Shown here: piece after piece, positions 24,571-33,585 of the stretch | Position numbering within the stretch: position 1 is the first letter of the stretch | Layout: each line of letters opens with the position of its first letter | Assembly: GCA_020148045.1 (NCBI GenBank) | Contig: JAHCRG010000006.1 | Location: 9,909 to 73,908 of the forward strand | Source: Patescibacteria group bacterium | GTDB taxonomy: Bacteria > Patescibacteriota > Minisyncoccia > Minisyncoccales > GWA2-38-27 | Length of the DNA: 64,000 nucleotides | Direction: 5' to 3' | Translations under genes and position numbers: made by a program | The notes under the pieces: generated by a model | Seen by the model: only the letters and a program-made list of their open reading frames with translations | Databases searched by the model: none | Told to the model about the DNA's origin: nothing

Positions 24571-24598
24571 AGCCGAGAGTTATTCTCTCGGCTTTTTA
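24571..24598 (+). terminator. intrinsic terminator
   Basis: AGCCGAGAG-ttatt-CTCTCGGCT is followed by TTTTT. Confidence 0.85.
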
Positions 24599-24618
24599 GT
24601 TATTAACAGGTTAGGGTC

Positions 24619-24647
24619 TTGACAGGGTATTATTATGGGTATATACT
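24619..24647 (+). promoter_or_regulatory. sigma70-type promoter
   Basis: TTGACA, a 17-nt spacer, then TATACT. The AAAGGTCGG motif starts 9 nt after the -10 box. Confidence 0.65.
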
Positions 24648-24697
24648 CATAATAGAAAGGTCGGAATTATGATTACAAAATTAAGTAGAACAAAAAC

Positions 24698-24934
24698 ATG
24701 CCAAGATTTGACCAAACTGGTCCTTTGGGTCAAGGTCCTATGACTGGAAGAGGTTTAGGCCCTTGCGGAGGCGGAATGGGCTATGGCAGAGGCTATGGCC
24801 GTGGCTTTGGCTGGAGAAGATTCTATACCAGAAGAGAGGAAGCGGAAATTTTGAAAGAAGAAACAGAAGTTTTAGAAGAAGAATTAAGAGCAGTTAAAGA
24901 ACGTTTGACTGAACTAAAGGGTCAAAAAAAATAA
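24698..24934 (+). CDS. DUF5320-like Gly/Arg-rich protein with C-terminal coiled coil
   Basis: The N-terminus is MPRFDQTGPLGQGPMTGRGLGPCGGG. Confidence 0.65.
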   Translation: MPRFDQTGPLGQGPMTGRGLGPCGGGMGYGRGYGRGFGWRRFYTRREEAEILKEETEVLEEELRAVKERLTELKGQKK

Positions 24935-25014
24935 AAGAAGGCCGTAAACCTGGCTCCTCCTAAGGGGGGGCCAGGGTAGCCTTCTTATTTAAACAATAAC
25001 ATTAAATTTTGATT

Positions 25015-25290
25015 ATGCCAAGACCAAGACTTTGTAGAAGAATTAGATTTCATCCAAATATAACCTATTTTAAACCTCGAGGTGTACCAATGAGACATTT
25101 GGAGATTGTTGAATTAACTACTGAAGAAGTAGAGGCTTTGAGATTAAAAAATATAAAAGATTTAGATCAGGTTGATTGTGCCAAGCAAATGAAAACATCG
25201 CAGAGTACTTTCCAGAGGATTTTATCATCTGCTTACAAAAAAATTACAGAGGCCTTAATAAAAGGCAAGGCAATTCAGATAAAAAAGTAG
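25015..25290 (+). CDS. DUF134 (UPF0251) putative DNA-binding protein
   Basis: PRPRLCRRIRFHPNITYFKPRGVP is present, with a sigma-70 region-4-like HTH at the C-terminus. Confidence 0.75.
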   Translation: MPRPRLCRRIRFHPNITYFKPRGVPMRHLEIVELTTEEVEALRLKNIKDLDQVDCAKQMKTSQSTFQRILSSAYKKITEALIKGKAIQIKK

Positions 25291-25310
25291 AGACCGGGTC
25301 TCTACTTTTT
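25287..25310 (+). terminator. intrinsic terminator TAGAGACCGGGTCTCTA (stop codon in stem)
   Basis: An identical 17-nt hairpin recurs at 63082-63098. Confidence 0.85.
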
Positions 25311-25358
25311 GATTAGTAGGTGAAAACTACTTTTTTGTTTTTGGAGCGAGTTTTTTGA

Positions 25359-26489
25359 TTAATCTCCAGGAGGAGGTAAAGTAATATCCTCGGGTTCGAA
25401 GATAACTTTTCTCTCACCTTCTTCCACTATACCAAGATCAATTAAATGGTAATTAGATTTTTCGCCAGTATTAATAGTCCTCTCTACAGCAGATGGGGGC
25501 ACGAACATGTAGTAACCAATTCCCCAGTTAAAAGTTGTAAGACAATCTTCCAGCCCTACCCCAAGTTCTCGCATAAACAGAAATAAAGGAGGTATTTCTT
25601 TTACCCAAGTATGGATACGGTAAGTGAGCCGCCGTTTATCAAAGGCTATCTTGCTTACACCACTACCAGTACCTGGCAAAAGAGCATGGATTTCTATCTC
25701 GTTTTCTAATAGCGCTTCAACCAGAGCTACATATGACCTGGTAGGAATAAGGGCTTCTTCTCCAAGCGTCCTACCAGTGGCAGGTAATTTGGTAAGAAAT
25801 TTTTCTGGAAGCATTAGAGCACGTTTGATAACAAGCGAAATCCCGTTGGCGTGTAAGCCCGAAGACGTAACACCGATTATATGATCACCCGGTTGCAATT
25901 TTTCTCCAGTGATAAGTCGATGGGATGGAGCAATAATCCCGGTAACGCAACCACTCAAAGAGGGAGCACTTTTTACGGGTCGCTTAGATTTGATTAAATA
26001 ACGGAGAGAAGGAGACTCGCCTGCGGGTAGGGCCATACCAACCATTTTGCATACTTTTAAAAAACCATTAGCTAAATCTTCGCTCCTTTTTTCATCTTGA
26101 AACCACTCGCTATCACCGGCAGCGACTTCGTCAGTGTAGACAACCGGCATTGCCCCTTGAGCAATTACATCATTCACCGCCATCAGGGCAGTATCCACGC
26201 CGATGTCATTATAGAAAGTTTTACCTGTGCCAGAAAACTGATACATCCATTCAGAAATCCAATTCTTATTTCCAAGACCTTCCTGAGTGTTGCACCAGAG
26301 GTGAGGATGGTTGCCCCGGTATTCATAGACAGCTCCATGGGGGTCTATTAAATCCATACGAATAAAGACCTTCCGTCGATTGGGAAAACTTAATGTTTGC
26401 TTTCCTGTTCTTATCATTGCTCGTTTAAAAGCTTCGATTTTACTGTAATCTACGCCAGCTTGAGCATAAGCACTTTTTTTCTTTGCCAT
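25359..26489 (-). CDS. AIR synthase-related (PurM-like) protein, divergent
   Basis: GVDTALMAVNDVIAQGAMPVVYTDEVA and LPAGESPSL match the PurM/AIRS fold. The canonical DGVGTK motif is replaced by QEGLGNK. ATG at 26489 follows aaaggg. Confidence 0.65.
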   Translation of the reverse strand: MAKKKSAYAQAGVDYSKIEAFKRAMIRTGKQTLSFPNRRKVFIRMDLIDPHGAVYEYRGNHPHLWCNTQEGLGNKNWISEWMYQFSGTGKTFYNDIGVDTALMAVNDVIAQGAMPVVYTDEVAAGDSEWFQDEKRSEDLANGFLKVCKMVGMALPAGESPSLRYLIKSKRPVKSAPSLSGCVTGIIAPSHRLITGEKLQPGDHIIGVTSSGLHANGISLVIKRALMLPEKFLTKLPATGRTLGEEALIPTRSYVALVEALLENEIEIHALLPGTGSGVSKIAFDKRRLTYRIHTWVKEIPPLFLFMRELGVGLEDCLTTFNWGIGYYMFVPPSAVERTINTGEKSNYHLIDLGIVEEGERKVIFEPEDITLPPPGD

Positions 26490-26500
26490 TTTTATCCCTT

Positions 26501-26743
26501 TCAATGATACCGTATTGTCATACTTGTAATTCCCCTTGATCCTTTTCGAGGTGTAAAGCCAAAATATTTTTTGAATTCATAAATGGCCATCTCGTCTATT
26601 TTACGTACTCCATTTGAAGAATACCACCGGCCCTCAGTTTTTTTTAATTCTGCTTTTATAGGCCAACGGCGAATCCAAGATTCAGAAGAAGACTCGCTTG
26701 GATTGTCTCTTGTTACAATAAATTCCTTTGTGATTATCTTCAT
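26501..26743 (-). CDS. hypothetical 80-aa protein, tightly coupled upstream of the PurM-like gene
   Basis: The RBS is aaagggg. Its stop lies 11 nt before the PurM-like ATG. I recognise no motif. Confidence 0.4.
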   Translation of the reverse strand: MKIITKEFIVTRDNPSESSSESWIRRWPIKAELKKTEGRWYSSNGVRKIDEMAIYEFKKYFGFTPRKGSRGITSMTIRYH

Positions 26744-26791
26744 TTTCTACCCCTTTCAATTATAAATGAACAGTTTTCTTTTTCCAATGCT

Positions 26792-26819
26792 ATTTTAATT
26801 ATTATGATAAATTTGTCAA
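26792..26819 (-). promoter_or_regulatory. sigma70-type promoter (minus strand)
   Basis: The minus strand reads TTGACA, a 16-nt spacer, then TAAAAT. Confidence 0.6.
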
Positions 26820-26832
26820 CTGAAATTTAAAG

Positions 26833-26861
26833 AAAGCCCGTTTTATAAAACGGGCTTTTTT
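26833..26861. terminator. bidirectional intrinsic terminator after purL
   Basis: The sequence is AAAGCCCG-ttttataaaa-CGGGCTTTTTT. Confidence 0.8.
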
Positions 26862-26890
26862 ATCAACAAGATTGTGTTTCGTTGATACTA

Positions 26891-29800
26891 TTAATGTTCT
26901 TCACACCATTTTCTGGCGTTTTGGAAAAGTTTTAGCCAGGGGGAAACTTTGAGCTTTGGCCATTTTCTTGACCAATAAAACCATTGCCAGAAAGTGAATA
27001 ATCTTTCAGGGTGAGGCATCATTGCCAAGTGCCTACCATCAGGTGAACACAAAGCAGTAATACCCAGGATTGAACCATTGGGATTGTAAGGATATCTCAT
27101 TGTGGGAACTCCGTCATCATCAACGAAGCGAAGGGGAGCCAAGTTTTTCTCCAGGACCTCCTTAAGAATCGAGTCGCTAGGGAAGAAACAACGACCCTCG
27201 CTGTGAGCTACCCAGATACCGAGAACTGAGCCCTCCATATCCTGGAGCATTAACGCTGGGCTGGGCATGACTTTAACTGCTATAGGTCGCGATTCGAAGA
27301 TTCTTGATTCATTCCGGACAAAACGCGGCTGTTTTATTAGCTCAATGCCTGGCCGAGGTATCCAACCGAGAAAAGGCATAACCTGAGAGCCATTACAGAC
27401 ACCCAGAGAAAAAGTGTCTGGCCGAGAGTAGAAGTTTTCAAACTCTTTTTGGACTCGCTCGTTGGTCTTAATTACCCAAGCCCAACCTTTGCCTGCATCC
27501 AAAACATCTGCGTAACTGAAGCCACCTGAGAAAGCAATGCCTCGAAAATCATTCAAGCTAATTCTTCCTTCAACCAAATCAGTCATGGTAACATCCCAGG
27601 CCTCAAAACCGGCAGCATCGAAAGCTCCAGCCATTTCCTTATCTCCGTTAGTGCCTACTTCACGGAGAATAGCCACCTTTGCTTGCTTAACTTTCATCTT
27701 TATCTCCGGGGTTGCTTCGGGCTTAAAGCGAAGCTCTAGAGGAAGGCCTTTCCGGTCATAAGTATTTTTCCTTTCAGCTTCTACACAGGCCGGATTGGCT
27801 TGGAGTTTATCCAGCCGATAGGAAGTTTCTTGCCATATGTTTCGAAGTTTTCTCATATCTTCAGACAAGACAGGCTGACCTTTGTGATGAATCTTTATCT
27901 GATAATCATTAGTGGTACGTCCGAGTATATGGCAGCAACCCTCTAGTCCTTGGCCTAGCAAGAATCTCAGGATTCTCCTTTCATCTTTGGGCAGATATTC
28001 AATGACTAGGCCTAACTCTTCTGAGAAAAGTATAGGTAGGATGTTTGTTTTCCAAATAGGCCTGCGAAAGCTAATATACAAACCACAGTTTCCCGCAAAA
28101 GCCATCTCTAAGAGGCAGGTTATTAAACCACCATCAGAACGGTCATGGCCAGCTAAGATTAAATCCCTCCTGATTAGCTCTTGAATCGCTTCAAATCCCT
28201 GACGCAAAATTTGGGGATTTTCAACATCAGGGGCTTGATTACCAATCTGATTGTGAACCTGAGCTAAGGCTGAGCCCCCGAGTCGCTGCTTGTCCCTGGA
28301 AAGGTCAATTAACATCAATTTGCTTTGACCCGGCATTTTAATATCTGGGGTGACAACTCTAGTAATATCTGGGCAGGGGGCAAAACTAATCATTTGGACA
28401 GTGCCTGGTGACTTAACAGGATGTTTCTGGTCATTTTTGGTAGTCCAGGCAGTCATTGAGACGGAATCCTTGCCAACTGGAATTCGCAGTCCCAACTTAC
28501 GGCAGAGACCGCTAGTTGCTTTAACTGCTTCATAAAGCCGGGCATCTTCACCTGGCTGCTTGCAAGGCCATTGCCAGGTAGCTGAAAAGTTAATTGACTC
28601 AAAGCTTTCAACCAGTGCCCAGACCAGATTGGTTAAAGATTCACCTAGGCTCATTCTTCCTCCGGCTTTTGGATTAACCAGACCTTTAATTGGCTGTTCA
28701 CCAATAGCCATTGCTGTACCAGTAGTTACAAAGAAGCTATCAGCAGTTACAGCACAGTCAGCCAAGGTAAGTTGGCAGGGCCCAACTGTTTGTTGCTGAG
28801 CAACCAAACCACCTACTGAACGGTCAACCTTGCGAGTTAGGAATTGTTTTGAAGCAACCTTTGGCAAACGAAGAACTCGCTCTAAGGCCTTCATAACTGT
28901 TAATCCTTCTGGTAGTTGAAGTGGTTTAAGTTGGCGGAGTATCTTTTGGCACTTGATAGTCATCTGAGGTAAATTAGCCAGCAGGAAATTCATATCAACA
29001 TCAATGGGTATTTTTTGCTCCCGAGGTGCGTCATCGGGGGCTGAGCGGTCAGTGACCACCAATTTCCCATCACCAGTAATTTCTCCAACCACATACATTG
29101 GGCAACGATTTCGCTGACAGATTTTTCGCAATGTTTCTAATCTCTCTGGCCAGACAATCATTACCATACTCTCTTGGGACTCATTGCACCAGAAGACATA
29201 GACAGGCATGGTTTTATCTCCGCAGGGAATCTCCCGGAGTTCATAGCGGGCTCCAGCAGGAAAACTAATTTCAGGTAGGGCTACACTTTCACCACCAGCT
29301 CCTAAGTCAGTAGTGCTGACAATAGGATTTTCGTCTCCTAATTCTGAGCAGGCCTGAAAGACATCATTCATTCGATTTTCCATTTCCGGATTAGCCCGCT
29401 GGACTGAATTCCAGTCAAGTTCTTCCTCTTGAGCACCAGCATCTTTGCTTGAACCAGAACCTCCACCCAAACCAATCCAATATCTGTCTCCACCCAACTG
29501 AACAACTGGATACCCCTTTTCGGGCTTCATTTTATAGGCATGTTTCTCGTCAATATAGCCAAAGTTCCCAGCCACCATACAAGTTTTTCTCCAGCCATGG
29601 TGTTCTTTGCCAATCATTTGTTCAAACGAAGTAAAAGAGCCCAAGATTACTGGCTGTCCGAACATGTTGCCATAGTAACTGGCTCCATTGGAAGCTTGGA
29701 TGATAATCTCTAAAGGTGTTTGGAAACGCTTGGGATGGGACGCATACTCTTTTTCCCAAAGTAAAATATAATCTGGGATAAAGAGATTGGCTACATAATA

Positions 29801-30826
29801 ACAAGCTAAACCAACAGTCACGATGCCTCCTCTGCCAGTACCCATTGGATCGCGGATAACACCCCCGAGACCGGTTGCTGAACCATCATAGGCGTCGATA
29901 GCTGTTGGATGGTTATGGGTCTCGACCTTGGCAAGAATGCAGGAGCTTATGGGTCGGCAGGCAAAAGGCGAGGGCCTGGTAGGGTCTGATGTCACAAGTG
30001 CTGTTACCGGCCTCCCGGAAAGCACAGCAGCATTATCAGTATAGGCAACCAGGACATTAGCTTGATTTGCTTCGGTCGTTGCCTTAATCATGCCAAAAAG
30101 AGTGTCGGGCATTTCTTGGCCGTCAATAATATATTTTCCGTTGAAACGGTGATGCCGGCAGTGCTCAGAATTAAGCTGGCCAAACATGAACAATTCAGCA
30201 TCAGTAGGATTACGCCCTATCTTTTTGCAGTACTGATGGATATACTCTGCCATTTGTTCATCTATTGCTAAGCCTAACTGCTCATTAGCTTGTTTAATAG
30301 CCTTGACTCCTTTTTCCAGAAGAGGAATTAGCTGAACTGGTGCTGGTTTTACATCTATCTCAAAGCTGGTTACTGGCTCTGGATAAACTTGTTCTGTCAT
30401 TCGGTCATGAATCAAGGCATAAATTTGCTTCCGTTGGGCAGAAGTAAGAAGAGAATTCCCTCTGGTTGTAATCTGAAAACGTCGGTTAGTTTCTATTCTG
30501 GTAACTAAGTCTAATTCACAAGCATGGCAGATAGAAACTGCGCTGGTGCTTTGGGGAGAAACCCAGGCTAAACGAGGACCAGCCTCGAATACTGGTTCAG
30601 CTAATCTGGTCTGACTTCCGAATTTTTCTGGTTCAAAAGTCTCACGCAGTAGCCCTTCCAAGCGCTCTAATTCTCCGGACCTAAAGGGCCTCTTAGAATC
30701 AACATAGAATCTTCGTTCAATCTTAACCCCTTCAATTAATGGCGAAACTTCTTTCTTAAGATCTTTTAACCATAACTGTTCTTCAATCTCCCAAAGTTTT
30801 GAAGTTCGAAAACGTGAAACAATCAT
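26891..30826 (-). CDS. purL: phosphoribosylformylglycinamidine synthase, single-chain large form
   Basis: A 1311-aa protein with FGAM synthase core motifs and a C-terminal amidotransferase (GVCNGSQ nucleophile, MMPHPER). Confidence 0.95.
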   Translation of the reverse strand: MIVSRFRTSKLWEIEEQLWLKDLKKEVSPLIEGVKIERRFYVDSKRPFRSGELERLEGLLRETFEPEKFGSQTRLAEPVFEAGPRLAWVSPQSTSAVSICHACELDLVTRIETNRRFQITTRGNSLLTSAQRKQIYALIHDRMTEQVYPEPVTSFEIDVKPAPVQLIPLLEKGVKAIKQANEQLGLAIDEQMAEYIHQYCKKIGRNPTDAELFMFGQLNSEHCRHHRFNGKYIIDGQEMPDTLFGMIKATTEANQANVLVAYTDNAAVLSGRPVTALVTSDPTRPSPFACRPISSCILAKVETHNHPTAIDAYDGSATGLGGVIRDPMGTGRGGIVTVGLACYYVANLFIPDYILLWEKEYASHPKRFQTPLEIIIQASNGASYYGNMFGQPVILGSFTSFEQMIGKEHHGWRKTCMVAGNFGYIDEKHAYKMKPEKGYPVVQLGGDRYWIGLGGGSGSSKDAGAQEEELDWNSVQRANPEMENRMNDVFQACSELGDENPIVSTTDLGAGGESVALPEISFPAGARYELREIPCGDKTMPVYVFWCNESQESMVMIVWPERLETLRKICQRNRCPMYVVGEITGDGKLVVTDRSAPDDAPREQKIPIDVDMNFLLANLPQMTIKCQKILRQLKPLQLPEGLTVMKALERVLRLPKVASKQFLTRKVDRSVGGLVAQQQTVGPCQLTLADCAVTADSFFVTTGTAMAIGEQPIKGLVNPKAGGRMSLGESLTNLVWALVESFESINFSATWQWPCKQPGEDARLYEAVKATSGLCRKLGLRIPVGKDSVSMTAWTTKNDQKHPVKSPGTVQMISFAPCPDITRVVTPDIKMPGQSKLMLIDLSRDKQRLGGSALAQVHNQIGNQAPDVENPQILRQGFEAIQELIRRDLILAGHDRSDGGLITCLLEMAFAGNCGLYISFRRPIWKTNILPILFSEELGLVIEYLPKDERRILRFLLGQGLEGCCHILGRTTNDYQIKIHHKGQPVLSEDMRKLRNIWQETSYRLDKLQANPACVEAERKNTYDRKGLPLELRFKPEATPEIKMKVKQAKVAILREVGTNGDKEMAGAFDAAGFEAWDVTMTDLVEGRISLNDFRGIAFSGGFSYADVLDAGKGWAWVIKTNERVQKEFENFYSRPDTFSLGVCNGSQVMPFLGWIPRPGIELIKQPRFVRNESRIFESRPIAVKVMPSPALMLQDMEGSVLGIWVAHSEGRCFFPSDSILKEVLEKNLAPLRFVDDDGVPTMRYPYNPNGSILGITALCSPDGRHLAMMPHPERLFTFWQWFYWSRKWPKLKVSPWLKLFQNARKWCEEH

Positions 30827-30841
30827 ATCTTTTCTCCTTTC

Positions 30842-30871
30842 CCAACCTATGGTTGGTCAGCCGTAGGCTGA
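30842..30871 (-). repeat. double-hairpin 30-mer, copy 1 (5' UTR of purL)
   Basis: The plus strand reads ccaacctatggttggtcagccgtaggctga. The minus strand reads TCAGCC-TAC-GGCTGA-CCAACC-ATA-GGTTGG. It is identical to 46006-46035. Confidence 0.95.
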
Positions 30872-30949
30872 TTTTCCAAAAAATATTGTCAATGAGCTAC
30901 TTGCCCCGCACCGAAGTTGTTCTGGTGCGGAGTTCGCATACGATACTCA

Positions 30950-31011
30950 ACCATAGAAAATTTTATATTGTTTGTCAAATTTTTTGACAAAGTTTGGAAA
31001 TTTGCTAAGAT
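30950..31011. promoter_or_regulatory. divergent purL/purC promoters sharing a 21-bp palindrome
   Basis: The plus strand has TTGACA (30984-89), a 16-nt spacer, then TAAGAT. The minus strand has TTGACA (30978-73), a 17-nt spacer, then TATGGT. The palindrome is tttgtcaaa-ttt-tttgacaaa (30971-30991). Confidence 0.55.
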
Positions 31012-31069
31012 AATTCATTAACTAATAGTTCTTTGAGTTTTTAATAATTGAATTAGAAAGGAGATAGAG

Positions 31070-31978
31070 ATGAAGCAGACGATAATAATAAGAACAATGG
31101 TTTCAGGACACAAACGCAGACAGGGTAAGGTTAGAGATATTTATAATCTCGGAGATGGCAGATTAGTTATTATTGCCACTGACCGGATTTCGGCTTTTGA
31201 TGTGGTTATGGAAAATGGTATTCCTGATAAAGGAAAAGTACTGACTGCACTTACTAAGTTCTGGCTGCAAAAACTTCAGTCTGTGGCTTCGCCGCACCAT
31301 CTTGTGAGTACAGAGCTTGATCGTCTTCCAGAGGAGTTTCAAAGAGAATGTTTTGAAGGCAGAGTTATGGTTTGTCGAGAAGCAGAGCCCTTACCTGTTG
31401 AGTGTGTGGTCCGAGGATACTTAGCTGGTAGTGGTTGGAAAGAGTATCAAAAGACAGGTCAGATTTGTGGCATTAAGCTTCCTTCAGGATTAAAGCAATG
31501 TGACAAATTGCCAGAACCAATTTTTACTCCAGCAACTAAAGCTCAAGCTGGCCATGATGAGAATATTACATTTGAAGATGTTTGTAAGTTATTAGCTAAT
31601 CGATCCCTAGCAGAAAGCTTGAGAGATAGAAGCATAAATCTATACCGAAAGGCGCATGATTTTGCGTTGAAGCGGGGTGTTATCATTGCTGATACCAAGT
31701 TTGAGTTTGGTAGAGTTGATGGTACAATTCTCCTTATTGACGAGGTATTGACTCCAGATTCCAGTAGGTTTTGGCCTGTTGATGAATATGAACCAGGTCA
31801 TGACCAGGTAAGCTTTGACAAACAGTTTGTCCGTAACTATTTAGAGACGCTCTGCGAGAATGGCAAATGGGATAAAACTCCTCCTGGGCCAAGATTGCCT
31901 GACACTATTGTTGCAGGAACATGGAACAGATATCGAGAACTTTACAGACGTTTAACGAGAAAAGATTTAAAGCCCTGA
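31070..31978 (+). CDS. purC: phosphoribosylaminoimidazole-succinocarboxamide (SAICAR) synthase
   Basis: GKVRDIY and ATDRISAFD are present. It is the long form of about 300 aa. The RBS is aaaggagat. Confidence 0.9.
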   Translation: MKQTIIIRTMVSGHKRRQGKVRDIYNLGDGRLVIIATDRISAFDVVMENGIPDKGKVLTALTKFWLQKLQSVASPHHLVSTELDRLPEEFQRECFEGRVMVCREAEPLPVECVVRGYLAGSGWKEYQKTGQICGIKLPSGLKQCDKLPEPIFTPATKAQAGHDENITFEDVCKLLANRSLAESLRDRSINLYRKAHDFALKRGVIIADTKFEFGRVDGTILLIDEVLTPDSSRFWPVDEYEPGHDQVSFDKQFVRNYLETLCENGKWDKTPPGPRLPDTIVAGTWNRYRELYRRLTRKDLKP

Positions 31979-31996
31979 TTATAAAATTGGGGTTTG

Positions 31997-32036
31997 CCCT
32001 CACACCAAAATTTTGGTAGTGAGGGCTTGTTTTTTT
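31997..32036 (-). repeat. REP-like palindrome R4 acting as the purC terminator
   Basis: ccctcacaccaaaattttggtagtgaggg is followed by a T-run. The arms match R2/R3 with the inner hairpin absent. Confidence 0.85.
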
Positions 32037-32084
32037 ATTTTGAAAATTATAAAATAGAATATTACAAGTAATTTTAATAAAACT

Positions 32085-33578
32085 ATGAGTAAAAAAATAA
32101 TTTTAATAATTGTTATCGTCGTTGTTTTAGGTGTTATTATTTACCAGTTTTTCATTAAAGACGAAGAGCCAGAATTTGCTTTGGAAAAAGTAGTTATAGG
32201 TATGGTCTTAAAAGAAGTTTCAGAAACTGGAACAGTTAAAATTTCAGAAGAGATAAATCTTAGTTTTAAGAATTCAGGAAGAATTGATGAGATATATGTT
32301 AAAGTTGGAGATAATGTTGAAGCTGGCCAGAAGCTGGCTAAACTTGATACGAGTCAGTTATATATTGAACTAACTGAAGCTCAGGCTGCTCTTGAAGTAG
32401 CCCGGGCAAAAAAAACAGATACCGAGATTTCTCTTAAAAATGCTGAACAGAATTTAAAAGATGTAAAAGCTGATGCTGAGGAAGATTTAAATAGCGCTTG
32501 TGAGGATGCTCTTAATGTTTTAGATGATTCTTATTTGAAAACTTACGATGCCTATAATGCAGTTTATGAAATTCAGCGAGATTATTTTACTTCCTTTGAT
32601 GAAAAATCAACAGAAGTAATAGAAGAAAAGTATAAAATTAAGAGTGATTTAGAGAGGATTGAAGCTTATGTTAATGATGCTAAAAACAACCCCCAAGAGG
32701 AGAATATTGATTTAATCCTTTCTAAAGTAAAAGAGCAATTAGAGGCGGTGAGTAATTCCTTAGAAATAGTTCGAGATATTACAGAAAGCGAAGCTTACCG
32801 CAGTTCTGTTTCAACCACTGACAAAACATCTTTAGATACTCAAAGAACAAACATAATTAATGTTATCGCTGATATTGTTAATGCCCAGCAAACTATTTCA
32901 ACAACTAAAATTGTTAACGAGACCAATATTAATAATGCTGAAGCGGAAAGTTCTTTAATTAAAAACAAGTTACAAGAAGGCGGTTTATATCAAGCGCAAA
33001 TAAGCCAAGCTCAAGCTAAAGTTTCTCTTTTGCAGAATAAAATTCAAGAAGCTGTTCTAAAAAGTTTTAATGGGGGGCAAATAATAAAAATTAATAAAAG
33101 AGAAGGAGAAGTAGTTCAGCCAACCGATTCTGTAATTTCTTTTCTCTCGGTCGGCCCTTTTCAAATAGAAGTAGATATTTATGAAGAAGATATTGTTGAC
33201 GTTAAAGTTAATAATCCGGTAGAGATTACTTTGGCTGCTTTTTCCGATGAGATTTTAAAAGGCAGAGTAATTTCAATTGACCCGGCAGAAAAGTTGATTG
33301 GAGGAATAGTTTATTATGGAATAACTATTGACTTTGAGGAAACCAAGGAGGGGATTAAACCGGGCATGACAGCTGACATTATTATTGAAAGTGATAAAAA
33401 GGAAAATGTATTAGTTATTCCAAAAAGGGCAGTAAAGAAAATGGATGGCAAAAAAATAGTTCAGGTTTTTAAGGACGGCGAGGTTAAAGAACGAGAAATA
33501 GAAATCGGCTTGGAAGGAGACGAGTTTTTTGAAATTATTTCTGGATTAAGCGAAGGAGAGGAAGTTGTTATTGAATAA
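32085..33578 (+). CDS. HlyD/MacA-type periplasmic adaptor (membrane fusion) protein
   Basis: An N-terminal TM helix, a lipoyl-like motif GRIDEIYVKVGDNVEAGQKLAKLD and a long coiled coil. Confidence 0.75.
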   Translation: MSKKIILIIVIVVVLGVIIYQFFIKDEEPEFALEKVVIGMVLKEVSETGTVKISEEINLSFKNSGRIDEIYVKVGDNVEAGQKLAKLDTSQLYIELTEAQAALEVARAKKTDTEISLKNAEQNLKDVKADAEEDLNSACEDALNVLDDSYLKTYDAYNAVYEIQRDYFTSFDEKSTEVIEEKYKIKSDLERIEAYVNDAKNNPQEENIDLILSKVKEQLEAVSNSLEIVRDITESEAYRSSVSTTDKTSLDTQRTNIINVIADIVNAQQTISTTKIVNETNINNAEAESSLIKNKLQEGGLYQAQISQAQAKVSLLQNKIQEAVLKSFNGGQIIKINKREGEVVQPTDSVISFLSVGPFQIEVDIYEEDIVDVKVNNPVEITLAAFSDEILKGRVISIDPAEKLIGGIVYYGITIDFEETKEGIKPGMTADIIIESDKKENVLVIPKRAVKKMDGKKIVQVFKDGEVKEREIEIGLEGDEFFEIISGLSEGEEVVIE

Positions 33579-33585
33579 AAAATCT

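Noticed and set aside
30827-31069. A purine or ZTP riboswitch in the purL and purC leaders.
   Set aside because: I could not find the conserved purine-riboswitch junction or the pfl/ZTP motifs. Only generic hairpins and the 30-mer repeat are present.
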